Below, in pieces: positions 12,301 through 20,300 of a stretch of 64,000 nucleotides of DNA. A model generated the notes under the pieces. It did no database searches. It had not been told where the DNA came from and saw only the letters and a program-made list of their open reading frames with translations. This DNA comes from a virus: positions 1 to 64,000 of IMG/VR virus record IMGVR_UViG_2716884766_000001. One strand, given 5' to 3'. Position 1 is the stretch's first letter, and each line of letters begins with the position of its first letter. A program made the position numbers and the translations under genes.

Positions 12301-15300
12301 GTGGATAATAGTGATCAGTAGACTGTCCATCAAGATCACATCTGAAGTTAAGTGATCCTGTTTTAATTCTAATCTTATCGTTAGTCGTTAATGTATGAGT
12401 ACCGATATTAAGTTCTAGTAAACCTGAAGAAGGAGTGAATGAAGCAGCTGATACTTGTTTAACATCAGTATTAACTGTTACTGTCATCAATCCAGTAGCA
12501 GGATTATATTCTGCGTGTTGAGCAGTTCTCTTTTGTGGAGATGGAACGTTGAATGTTCTAGGTGTAGTCTTCTTGATAGCGTTTAGACTATCGTTAAGAA
12601 TAGCACTGTGTATGATTTCAAATAATGAATCTACAGCAGCTTTTACCTCTACACAGTCAGCAGCTGTATGTCTACCAGCTGAGTTTGATACATCATGTGT
12701 AATAGTGAGATCAAATGTCTGTGTTAATCCATGATCACCTCTTACCACAACCTCGTTGTTAGCAAGAACTAATTTACAAATTTCTCTAGCATGTTCGATA
12801 CAACGAACTGATTGGAACTCCTCGTCATCTAGGTGAGGTGTACCAACATAATACTTCGCAGCATCCCATACTTTATTGTTACCACCGTGCTGTACGTTGA
12901 AAGCAACAGCATCAACAATATCTACGATGTCATCTATACAATCTTGTCCGTTACCTGTTGGAACGTGTAGTGTGGGATCTTCAGCAAGTTCCCAAGCATA
13001 TGCCTCAGCACCGATAAACTCTCTGTTAGCAATTAGTAGATCGTGAGCATCAACTACCTTGTTATTAGCAACTTCAAATCCAAAGTCAGCATTCATTCTA
13101 CCGACTGCTATGTCAGCAATGAACTGTCTGTTAGCCCATATTAGGTTACGAGCATCAGCATGTTTGTTACTTTGACCTGATCCTGCTGCGTCAGGAGTAA
13201 TTGTAAAGTCTCTAATCTGTGTAAGACCATGACTACCCTGTACAGTAACAGGATCATTTCTCATGATCTGTATAGCAATGTCTCTTGCGTGGTTGAATGT
13301 CTCTACAGATTCATTCTCTTCACCTACGACATGAGAACCATCAACGTAATACTTAGCACCATCCCATACTTGGTCGTTACCACCGTATGCTAGGTTATAT
13401 CCCATTGCCTCACAGTAGTCAACAATATCATCAATACATGCTTGGTTACCAGTAGGAACCTGATATGATGGGTTGTTGGCAAGCATTCTGTCTACTGCTT
13501 CCTGAGCAATAAACTGTTTGTTAGCAAGGATTAGAGATGTACCATCAGCAGATCTATCTGAAGGAGGTACACTGTTTGGTGTCTGCCATGGAGCAGGGAC
13601 TGTTATTGTAATATCTCCACTGTCTGTGCTAGCACCACCTAAGATAATGGTAGCAGTTCTGTGGTCAGCAACATCATCTATGATGTATGAACCATCAGGA
13701 GTAGCACCACTGAATACTATACTATATGCGTTCTTACCAAATACACCATGACCTCTTGGGCAGACAACTGTCATTACATTACCAGAGCATGTGTATGTAC
13801 CCTTTCTTGTAAATGTGGCAGAAGTTCCTGCGTTATTTAATTTCTTGACGTGAGCATATGACTCTAAAGCTATAAAGTCAACGTTGTTATTGATTGTCTC
13901 AGCACCGTCTCTTTGCTTAGACATCTCTTTGAAGTCAGCACCAAACTCAACCTTCTCAAATGCGTAAGGAGAGTTCCTTAATGACATCAAAGCATAGTTT
14001 GTAGCAGAACAAACCTGTTGGTCTCCAGATGGATCAAAGTCTGTAGCAAACTTAGAACATGAACCTCTGACTACAAACTTAAGTGAGTAACCATCAGCAC
14101 GTTCTATACGATGTGTAACGTATTTTCTTCCGTTGAAGTCACCAAGGTTATCAAAGATAGCAGCACTACCAGATCTAGTAACACTGTCTGATCCTCTGAT
14201 TATAAAGTATACTTCGTTTGTTGATGCGTTATATCTAGCAACACCAGCTCCTAAGTTAGAACTGCCACCCAAAATAGTAGCAAAATCACTCTGTGCTTGT
14301 GCTAGTGTACCAGCTCTATATGTCGCAACATGGAATGATTTATCTTGATGTTGACTACCAGTACCACTAAAGTTAAGACGAATACCAACACCCTTGTCAG
14401 CTGGAGGAGCATCAGAAATACTGATCAACGTTGGCCAGATCACATTCATCTTAGAAGGATCTGTATTAGCAAACGTTACTGTAAGAGTATTGCCACTCTG
14501 GGTGTATGTACCGCTAGCACTGGTACCAAAGTCTATAGGACTATATGGTAGACCGTAGATATGAACTTCTTGTCCTGCTTCGTAGTCATGACCAACAAAA
14601 GGAATACCTTCTATTGTTCTGGAAGCAGAAGTTACCTCAAAGGAAATACCTCTGTAAGTCTCTTGTGTGTTTAACGAACTATCGACTTGGTTGATGTCAA
14701 TAACGTTAAGTGCTTTCTCGAATCTATGATAACCTTTACCTATATCCGTGATAGGAAGGATAACAGGATCATCAGCACCAGATATATCAATATTGGTAGC
14801 ATCGGCTTGAGTATTTGCGACTTGGAAATAGTTGTTGTCTACTTTATAGACGTAGTATAGACCATTATTTGTAAGACCACCTATGTCCCCTGCCTTTGAA
14901 GAACGATAGTATACACCGTTACCAGTGAATAAACCATGCTTAGGGAAATAGAATGTATTATCTTTTACACTAATTCTACATGTGAAGAGTGTGTGTTCGT
15001 CTCCTGTACCAGGATCACCTAGGTCTCTTCTACCTGTGGTTGTTTGTAAGTTAAGTGCGTTAGCAGCAGTATCATATAATTCTAATGAATTGTCATCTAT
15101 AACTCTAACAAAATATGAGTCACCAGATGTTAAACCAGCTGGAGCAGTGCCACCTTCATTCTCTACTTTATATTCTACTTTGAAACCAGTCTTTAATCTG
15201 TGTAGAGGAACAGATATTTGATTTGTAGTAGCATCTACGATAGTAGCATTACTACCATCGAAACGTAATGTCTCTGTCTCAGAGTTAATTACCCACTGAT

Positions 15301-16780
15301 ACCTTTGGTGTTTGATAACCTCAGTTTCAGGTCTTTGTGATTCTCTATCAGCAACGTCGAGTGAGTCAGATGGTGAAGCACCTGTCTTAACGATGTTAGC
15401 GTAGACATCAGCATAGTATAATCTTTCAGCGAGCTGGAAGGTTGATTCATCATCATCCATCAGTACCGTGATAGTACCAGATGAGTATGGTGATGCTTGA
15501 GGACCTGTAAACGTGACAGCTTCAATGATCGCTCTAGCAGAAGATGATCCACCCTCTACAGCGTATCCAACAAGTAATGTAGTATTGTCACCTGTGTGGT
15601 TCTCAAATGTAATAGCAAAGATGTTTCTACCTTTGTTTTCTAGACCTGGTGAGAACTCAAATGGTTCTAGGTCTGGTTCATACATTAATCTCTGCTTATC
15701 GTCAAACACATAAGCATACTTCCATGTATAGTCAGGAGATCCATTAGCATCTAAGTGGTCTCTGAATACAACACCAGAACAATACGTCTCGTTTGACGCT
15801 TTGATCATGTGTCTGTCCATGTTTAATGGACGTAGGATAACTCTTCTTAAGTTATCTCCAATCAGTGAACAGTTAAATGGTAGAGAGATCGGGTTGTCTT
15901 CTACATAATCACCACCTGAACAGATGATAGAAACATATTCAGGAGTCTGTGTGTCTTGCTGTAAACTATAAGCTATCTGTGCTGCTTTCTTAATTGTACG
16001 AACTGGTTTAGCAGCTGATCTACCATCGTTAGCATCATCACCAATACCAGCTACAGATGATACGTAAACACGACCACCATTGTCAGCAGTAGCAACGTCA
16101 TATACAAACTTGGTAGTAGCAATTCTATTATTCTGTGTCTGACGAGGAGGGTTGTCAGCAGTTGGATAGTAGATTGTACCAAAGTCAGAAGCTGTTGGGT
16201 CTGTCTCTTCAAAGTTAATTAAATTAGGACCTCTAAGGTCTAGTCCCTTAGTAACAAACTCGTTAGTAACGTCTAGGTTTCTAATTTGAGCAGTATCTGA
16301 GATGATAGATCTTGTAGTTCTGATCTGTCCTTCAACGTCAAGGTCAAACTCAGGATTGGTGTTGTTAATACCAACACGAACGTTACCTGTAGCACTCTTG
16401 GTTATGAATATAGCGTCTTCTTCATCAGCACCTGATCCGATACTGAACTCCATCTTGTCAGATGCGTTAAAAGTTAATGATCTAACACTTCTGTATGATA
16501 TTGATGTGGCAGCTTCAATAAAGTTTGTACCTGTACCTGTAATTGTAAATGTATCTTCGTCTACGACAGTAATATTATAATTTCCAGCTGTAAAAGTTCT
16601 TAGTAAACTATCTTGACCTGGCTTAACGTATAAGAGATCGTTGTTGTTTAACTTGTGAGCAATAGATGTAACAGTAACTATACCATTCGCACGTCCATAC
16701 GTAGCACTTGTCCACGGACCCTGCGGGACCTGACCTGTACCCTCTATTCTCTGTTGCGAAGAACTCTGCCTAAGTGTCAT
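3365..16780 (-). CDS. Giant tail-fibre / virion structural protein (4471 aa) with nested repeat domains
   Basis: N-terminal pectin-lyase-like beta-helix start (VYVS...DGRSAAKPVRTIKKA); nested helical and beta repeats; G.GY...P hairpin repeats; fibre-shaft motifs LNADKLDG, NADFLD, LDAHYVDG, LNADMVDG; C-terminal AGPLTVNNG...GGSWVII. Confidence 0.85.
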   Translation of the reverse strand: MTLRQSSSQQRIEGTGQVPQGPWTSATYGRANGIVTVTSIAHKLNNNDLLYVKPGQDSLLRTFTAGNYNITVVDEDTFTITGTGTNFIEAATSISYRSVRSLTFNASDKMEFSIGSGADEEDAIFITKSATGNVRVGINNTNPEFDLDVEGQIRTTRSIISDTAQIRNLDVTNEFVTKGLDLRGPNLINFEETDPTASDFGTIYYPTADNPPRQTQNNRIATTKFVYDVATADNGGRVYVSSVAGIGDDANDGRSAAKPVRTIKKAAQIAYSLQQDTQTPEYVSIICSGGDYVEDNPISLPFNCSLIGDNLRRVILRPLNMDRHMIKASNETYCSGVVFRDHLDANGSPDYTWKYAYVFDDKQRLMYEPDLEPFEFSPGLENKGRNIFAITFENHTGDNTTLLVGYAVEGGSSSARAIIEAVTFTGPQASPYSSGTITVLMDDDESTFQLAERLYYADVYANIVKTGASPSDSLDVADRESQRPETEVIKHQRYQWVINSETETLRFDGSNATIVDATTNQISVPLHRLKTGFKVEYKVENEGGTAPAGLTSGDSYFVRVIDDNSLELYDTAANALNLQTTTGRRDLGDPGTGDEHTLFTCRISVKDNTFYFPKHGLFTGNGVYYRSSKAGDIGGLTNNGLYYVYKVDNNYFQVANTQADATNIDISGADDPVILPITDIGKGYHRFEKALNVIDINQVDSSLNTQETYRGISFEVTSASRTIEGIPFVGHDYEAGQEVHIYGLPYSPIDFGTSASGTYTQSGNTLTVTFANTDPSKMNVIWPTLISISDAPPADKGVGIRLNFSGTGSQHQDKSFHVATYRAGTLAQAQSDFATILGGSSNLGAGVARYNASTNEVYFIIRGSDSVTRSGSAAIFDNLGDFNGRKYVTHRIERADGYSLKFVVRGSCSKFATDFDPSGDQQVCSATNYALMSLRNSPYAFEKVEFGADFKEMSKQRDGAETINNNVDFIALESYAHVKKLNNAGTSATFTRKGTYTCSGNVMTVVCPRGHGVFGKNAYSIVFSGATPDGSYIIDDVADHRTATIILGGASTDSGDITITVPAPWQTPNSVPPSDRSADGTSLILANKQFIAQEAVDRMLANNPSYQVPTGNQACIDDIVDYCEAMGYNLAYGGNDQVWDGAKYYVDGSHVVGEENESVETFNHARDIAIQIMRNDPVTVQGSHGLTQIRDFTITPDAAGSGQSNKHADARNLIWANRQFIADIAVGRMNADFGFEVANNKVVDAHDLLIANREFIGAEAYAWELAEDPTLHVPTGNGQDCIDDIVDIVDAVAFNVQHGGNNKVWDAAKYYVGTPHLDDEEFQSVRCIEHAREICKLVLANNEVVVRGDHGLTQTFDLTITHDVSNSAGRHTAADCVEVKAAVDSLFEIIHSAILNDSLNAIKKTTPRTFNVPSPQKRTAQHAEYNPATGLMTVTVNTDVKQVSAASFTPSSGLLELNIGTHTLTTNDKIRIKTGSLNFRCDLDGQSTDHYYPRTTIDTSTISGAVYTPGTGVLSVTTTAGHGLTDGDWIRFKEESIVFDCQAGTGSHAYPRDTDPVIGKWLEVSNTTGLGFEVNVAISPNTTTHTFVSAVANGLEKKRDRAYEQDLAITAVSGSTITVNVGASSDTSTHVFQNALADAVILSHGIDTSKYLKIATDSMTWTCDMDDGNTTHTYPRATDPANGNGWSPVVSASVNTIDINVGPTTVDGYDVRDAAYNPNTGAMSVNIGTNNFKAGTYMRLAPDSIGFTCTQDGNVSTKYYPRSAVDTDTVESANYQGSTGVMIVTASNHGLANGDQVKFATDSLTFTCMEDNNGTNHTYPRATDYANDRWLTVSNVSTNTFNVQVLGVGNIPSTNTTAHTFVSATTNGLSIKKDPLYDTAVEITSITDSTLTATNAVYVPTEGKITITSADHGLREDSMVKFADDSITFTCDHDSNATNHSYPRAERKKFTPTDASYNTATGVVTVTVAGHGIKKGEYIKVKDGAITFTCGQDGDATEHAYPRSTDPISGIFIPVTAVSNDTFSFKTLDVTPSTNTTTHVFVSAVANGIIQKDPDSNEWRHVKVVNKDTFEVCIATSSNETTHAFVSATANGISVKDTTLNFNVLSQTPSTNVTDHTFVPATGVTPTTVDYNSTTGWMTVTKVGHGLIAGDYIKVDQESIVFTCAQDSNVTNHAYPRPGDPIFNKSVKIERVTADTFEFNALQGTTPTNTTAHTFVSATTGCINRVVVKSGGDFPHRFISATSNGVEVSGTNVDCKDDVVDILQVVSWNLAMGGNDFTYDAANMYVTGAHLEGEEHHSIYALREAQKVAIEVFQNETVVTGGHTSIAQVKDLTITQDTGLPICNVVISSITTLMNIVEVAIDTGSLSSVTRTASYVNRCADVASSITTLTGIITQAIGTTGTPGNLDGVARTYPVSDDQCIDDVRHVLRSWMYDLRYGGNKKTIEAASKYILGTNINYVNNEVAQTRAVYQKAKDMAVLAIRNQLPEAKFTSIAPFHNASSTVDHNQPECGAAINALTALHTILDNALATPTSLSSVTLTEPSTLLKDDSGLKIVPMLGDLLDLPVIEASPYIQNASLISFLGASGAEIDGAKVAEPNVPRPGVYQDANGRERAVFPKQGKSMVANAFTIISVGGGVGYNILNDGYTQLVSVFVIFGGDGVIVQSGGYASLTNSASNFGTRALKATGFRKDAYEFDIGTVTNVVNQTDNNGAQTGRQIIEVGGSTLTNFPIEDYIIKFDGYTNTDPAKEYFILGVEKLSGSIGTQVTANITTNDGLGISLNETATNTEVSYDQGNLDTLVGKTIRLHRPSVCNSSSHTWEYVGAGDTYLALPQNGGVGIPANEAVEESFGQVYTSGTNEFGDFKVGDFVTIFNRTGSISFVGTVSISELSSIKIVGGSITITGFSDSDELGGAFASDSLLPTQAAVKDYITNKLGPYLNQPFSTNAVPSALVQLTTSGKINIEQIPALRPFNITSVASTAERLAIEDASAGDIAIETTSTSFTFVPASVDTVNNYITIPGHGLATGDILTYFQGTGNIGNLADGAQYYVIVHSVGANTTDYIKLATSLSDAQGGTARNLTSQGSGTHTLRTEGAAISYILENDLDTMFVAFTPDSTLTYTPGNILIGSASGAQGIITGYEQGVVRDILVDDTGSGYTNPPGITISAPGGSGTQATATCTIVNGQVSTITITNKGSGYFTQPTVTFTAAPTGGTTATSQGNVARVEARLAVDLANNIKYSNVDFLQDEANQTVATGTYVHDTFDITVTELNHGFSQGDIVYLNFTSGSSPSGFYDVTPVNANEYTVITAVALLTSGNYERKKIVDVIRTVNTSAKDAANWTQLSSTNIDASNIVAGTIDPERLGKTGIANSFTFLRGDSSYQNVIQSIKFSTADCMVAESSLSDTSYIEKVDITVAGTGYTNGTYQNIPMLGGNVPISDSGVARATYTVADVTTGGIIATVSNLNQTPESYTANSTFDVAPSTTTGAGLGAQIRFTTDGVGTLSVDLILNGGSGYLGGDTLTFDGPLFGGTVQQPVEISVSTLTSSQAFGVITSVSVVTPGTGYNGDFVLTVPNELGTPSQAATLNARKGILPRFFGNASIDVKKANKLTPTTLQAGGSVFGNYGIAKFRKNVAEQALGDQTEGGFRVTDNGEVSIDQGAGSELNADKLDGNQGAFYQNASNLVEGVIDPQRLANTTYAISISGTADFSNVLFAETTAPSSANANLVSAANVGAQLALRSNNVNGIPTDAGGTRNGTLTFRRSATGNSVAQLSFSATDNLYLRGNSDISNVYGNWAKIWHSENDGPPDINEPRRGTLPGPNADFLDNQQGLWYQQGYNIHDQRTVGVLGDPALPTLLGRDKFVADNFYVVSSGEKYQLYIPNFFAATGSNPAGNLSAGGTYTLYADDAAVNNIGTITIDPGGITETNDTTVDAKYTVVTGSITFVGAYGNKDIRVFGPNPGSKWTVTSSNLLTTGASQVFALSNTAEGALFEMGRAGIVSTPYFDIRSGGLSNNYDVRFEFSGGNSSNGNGLMDIKSSSVTINSNTVWHAGNDGVNSQLDAHYVDGYTQSSGNAGNNLVRRTSSGDIFVSDIHGDQGIFTNNGTSILNLGDGNGITVGKATTNVLSIKGKNSSSQGYIRFGNDGNSFGYNGSYLSYNNVYFRNGRLGIGDSNPGISLQSTGDAAFGTTSRSGNTYVRALAGDSYQCGFEAFGNNQGTGYLYVGQSLSYGGGIAYNGDNSPGAFNSEAGDDITFYRRDGGSDTRVMKYRYNDSTVHFFGRIRSRVSTGTAPFNISSTTVNSNLNADMVDGYHALDLPYLKRTTNEWITTTEGQRRFYFANDSHTYYSSGDNYYWRNNADYSIASCDGDYGTWTFYEPGSDTTQNSYRMEIRGDNGLNIDSSSVGVSSGQRSVVLRANGDKQWVDRYGIIKRNRQSISESITINNGDSCFTAGPLTVNNGYTISIANGGSWVII
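9188..13915 (-). repeat. Four nested ~140-aa helical repeats (D[AG]..LI..N..FIA / C.DD / GGN / C..V...I)
   Basis: Four N-terminal motifs, four C.DD-GGN cores and four terminal Cys helices appear in bracket-like rather than tandem order. Coordinates are approximate. Confidence 0.8.
10031..12524 (-). repeat. Eight nested ~100-aa beta repeats (A.Y.P.TG / HGL / FTC..D / H.YPR..DP / H.FVSA..NG)
   Basis: Eight F/W-x-C motifs and eight YPR motifs in the translation, with motif order showing insertion of copies into copies. Coordinates are approximate. Confidence 0.85.
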
Positions 16781-16793
16781 CTTTTAATCCAGT

Positions 16794-17333
16794 TTATGCT
16801 GTTGATACTTTTGTGATATCAATGATACCAATCCACTTCACGGTTGAAGTAGTCGAAACTGCTTCAACATCAAAACTAAAGAATGCGTTACTTCCTATCT
16901 GGAACGCTACAGGAGTCACAGTCCAAGTCTCTACACCAGGTAGATGCTCATGTATGACATTCTCATACTGTGCTTGGAGTGTGGGAACACCTTGAGTGTC
17001 CACTGTAATCACTGCGTCAAATGCTGACGCAAAAACATATATGTTATTATTTACCTCTTGACCAAATACCTTTGCCTTCACAAATGCCACACTGTTGTGA
17101 CCTAGAGGAGGTGTATTAGTTGAGGTGTTTGTACTTCCATCAAAACTTAAACGAAGTAAATTATTAGCTGGATCAGTTGTCCTTTTGCTAATGAATATAT
17201 CGTTAGATGCATCAGTGAAATCATCGGCAACCATGTGAATTGCTGAGATGTTCTTAAGTTCAAGTTGAGGATTTAATACCTCGGTTGAACCGACTCCGAA
17301 CCCGCCTATTGATGAGAAGTTTTTTGTTGCCAT
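16794..17333 (-). CDS. Hypothetical virion structural protein
   Basis: 179-aa beta-rich ORF between two giant structural genes, downstream of a perfect TATAAATA. Confidence 0.7.
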   Translation of the reverse strand: MATKNFSSIGGFGVGSTEVLNPQLELKNISAIHMVADDFTDASNDIFISKRTTDPANNLLRLSFDGSTNTSTNTPPLGHNSVAFVKAKVFGQEVNNNIYVFASAFDAVITVDTQGVPTLQAQYENVIHEHLPGVETWTVTPVAFQIGSNAFFSFDVEAVSTTSTVKWIGIIDITKVSTA

Positions 17334-17353
17334 GGTGTAGGGTTACCTTCGAT

Positions 17354-17361
17354 TATTTATA
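17354..17361 (-). promoter_or_regulatory. T4 late promoter TATAAATA
   Basis: Plus strand TATTTATA at 17354-17361; contains the TAA stop of the 2377-aa gene; about 20 nt upstream of the ATG at 17333. Confidence 0.8.
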
Positions 17362-20300
17362 CCTTAACTTTAGTTGTAGTAAAGCGTCCAGTGAAAGTTG
17401 TTGAACTGCTAGCCTGTGATGATTTATTTAACGAGATAGTTACATCATCAGCGTTGACAGTAACAGTAGCATCCATTAGATCATTATCAGATGTAATGGA
17501 GTTTGTGATAGTGGCATGTGCCACAGTTCCTGCTGCTCCACATATAGATGTAACTTCAAACATATGAACTTTACCATCATTACTTTCAAGAGTAATAAGT
17601 GTCTTAGCACCTTTATATACTGTCTTGTCAAATTGTGCGATAGATGCAGAAGTAGTGAATGATGTAAGCACTCCACCTTCTACTCTTGCTGAATCTAATT
17701 CAACAAATGTAGCAGTAGAATCTAGGACTGTTAAGTAATTTGTTGCTCCACCCGCTTCATAATTTCTGTTGACTTTGAGTCCTGCCTTCGCAGCACTAGA
17801 ATCTAATGACAAGAACTGCTTGTCATTATTCATATTAAAGCGAAGTTCGCTTTGTAAAGCACTGATCTTACCGTGAGCAACGTCAGCATTAGTTAATGTT
17901 GCTACAGTGAATGTTATGTCAGTACCAGCTCCACCACCTAGAAGACCACCACCAATAGTGATTACCTCTCCGATTTCATAATTTATACCACCAGTGTTAA
18001 TAGTGATAGTGGTAAGAGTACCGTTCGCGTCAGTTGTAAGATCAAAGGTAGCACCTGATCCTGCGAACTCAGATACACCAGCTACACCTGTGAAACTTCC
18101 TGATGGATCATAAGCAGCTGCTGTCGCATTGAATGTTCCATCGTTAGCACCAAGTGTACCGTCATTAAAGGTAGCGATTGTACCTGACACCAACTGATGC
18201 TTCATGAAGAATCCACCAGTTACCTCAACGTCTTTACTTCCTCTAACTTTTAATAGTGATACACCTTTTCTTTGTACGTCTAATGTATCTGTTCCTGTTG
18301 TACCATTGATGGAGAGTGTACCCTCTACATCCATCAATTTAGTAGTCTTTAATATAAACTTATTAACATCTATTGATAGAGAATTAAATCCTGCGTTATA
18401 GAACTCGAATGTATCTTCGTCAGAACCAGGTGTTGTCTCAGTTAATATGTAAGTATCTTGGTCAACGTCACGTACACCACCAAGTGATACGTAGTCGATA
18501 CCATTGTATCCTTCAAACTGTGATGTTGTAGTATTGTATCTGATACCACCAAGGTAGGTGTCATCAGCACCTGGTCTATTATTTGTATTACCAACTGGAA
18601 CTATAAGTGTACCAGTAGTATCGCAAAGAATATTTTTAGCAGGTCCTGGTTTGATTGCTATACCTGTACCAGCTACATCAACTATAACAACTTGCTGTAC
18701 AGAGTCAGTTCCTATAACAGCAGCATCAAGAGTTACAGTGTCACCCGCTTCGTAATTTTTACCACCCGCATTAACGACAACAGATGTAATAGAACTACTT
18801 ACGATTGTGACATCAACAGTACCACCAGATCCTTTTCCAGTTCCTGTTGCTGTAATTGCTACACCTGTAAATGTACCATCAGTAAATGTAGTACCAGATC
18901 CAGTTGTGTTTAGTGTAACTAACGATCCAAAACTATTTGATACACCTGAAGCAGTGTTCTGTAGAACTGCGTCAGTAATCTTTAATCTACCACCTGACTG
19001 TAAGTAACCTGAAGTTTCAAGGTCACCTGTACCCATCGCAACGTTGAATACAGTATTACCACCATTATCAACTTTAAAGTTTCTACCAACAAGACCTGTA
19101 AGAGTTATTCCACCATTTCCTTTTGGTGTAAATGTAATATCTACGTCAGCATCAGTACCAATCGCTGATATAGATGCGTCATTATTAATCTGTAAACCTT
19201 TAGCAGATGTACCAGTGATGATAGTTGCGTTAGCAACGTCAACTTTTAATACAGGACTAGCAGTTGTTGTATCAACACCAACTTGGAAGTCATTTCCTAT
19301 ATTCAAAGATGTACCATATACTGCCTTCTCTACACCAGCTATTGCTATACCAAACTCATCAGGATTCTTATGGAAGAGACCTGTTGTGAGTGAAGTTGCG
19401 AAATTTAAACTTGGAGCAGCAGCTGTACCATCAGCAAGATTTGCTGTTACGTTTGTAATTGCTACGTTACCTACAGTCTGTGTTAGATCACCTTCTAGAG
19501 TTAAGTTACCTGTTTGTGTGGTGTCACCAGTTACAGTCTGGGTACCTGTGATTGATAATGTATCAGCAGCTTCATCACCAAGAGTCATATTACCCTTGAC
19601 TACTAAGTCGCCATCAGCAGTGATGTTACCAGTTGTTGTTATATGTCCAAACTCACCTTCTACTTGAAAGACTGTTGCTTGCTTACCAATACTTAATGTA
19701 CCCTCGTATAGGGTTGGGTCTTTAGTACCAGCTACCTTAAATGCGTCAGATATAAGAGCAGAGTCATGTGTAAACTCAAATCTATCAGCACTGGTTACAC
19801 CACCAACTGTTAATTGGAATGGGTTACCACTTGTAGCAGGTCCTGATTCGTTACCAGAGACACGTGGTATTAATGTTTGTCCTACGTTATATCCAAAACC
19901 ACCATCAGAGATAGTTACGTCTTTAATGAAACCAACTTTAGTAACAGTGTACTGGAATCCAGAACCACTACCACCAACATCTCCTTGATCTACAGAAAGA
20001 ACGTCTCCTACAGTATAAGGTCCTCCATCAAGACTAATATTAGTTACTTCGTTTATAACAGTTGTATTAGCAGTCAACTGCATATCAAGACCGCTTCCAG
20101 TACCACCTATATCAGCTTGTCTTGCTTGAATGTCATTTCCTACTTGATAGTTTTCACCTTGTGCGTTACTAAAGACTTGTGTAACCTGTCCACCTTCAAC
20201 AGTAACATCTATTGATAATCCTGTACCATAACTTCCTGCTGAACCAGAGTTGATAGTAACACTAGCACCCATGTTAGCATGACTAGAACAGATATAATCT

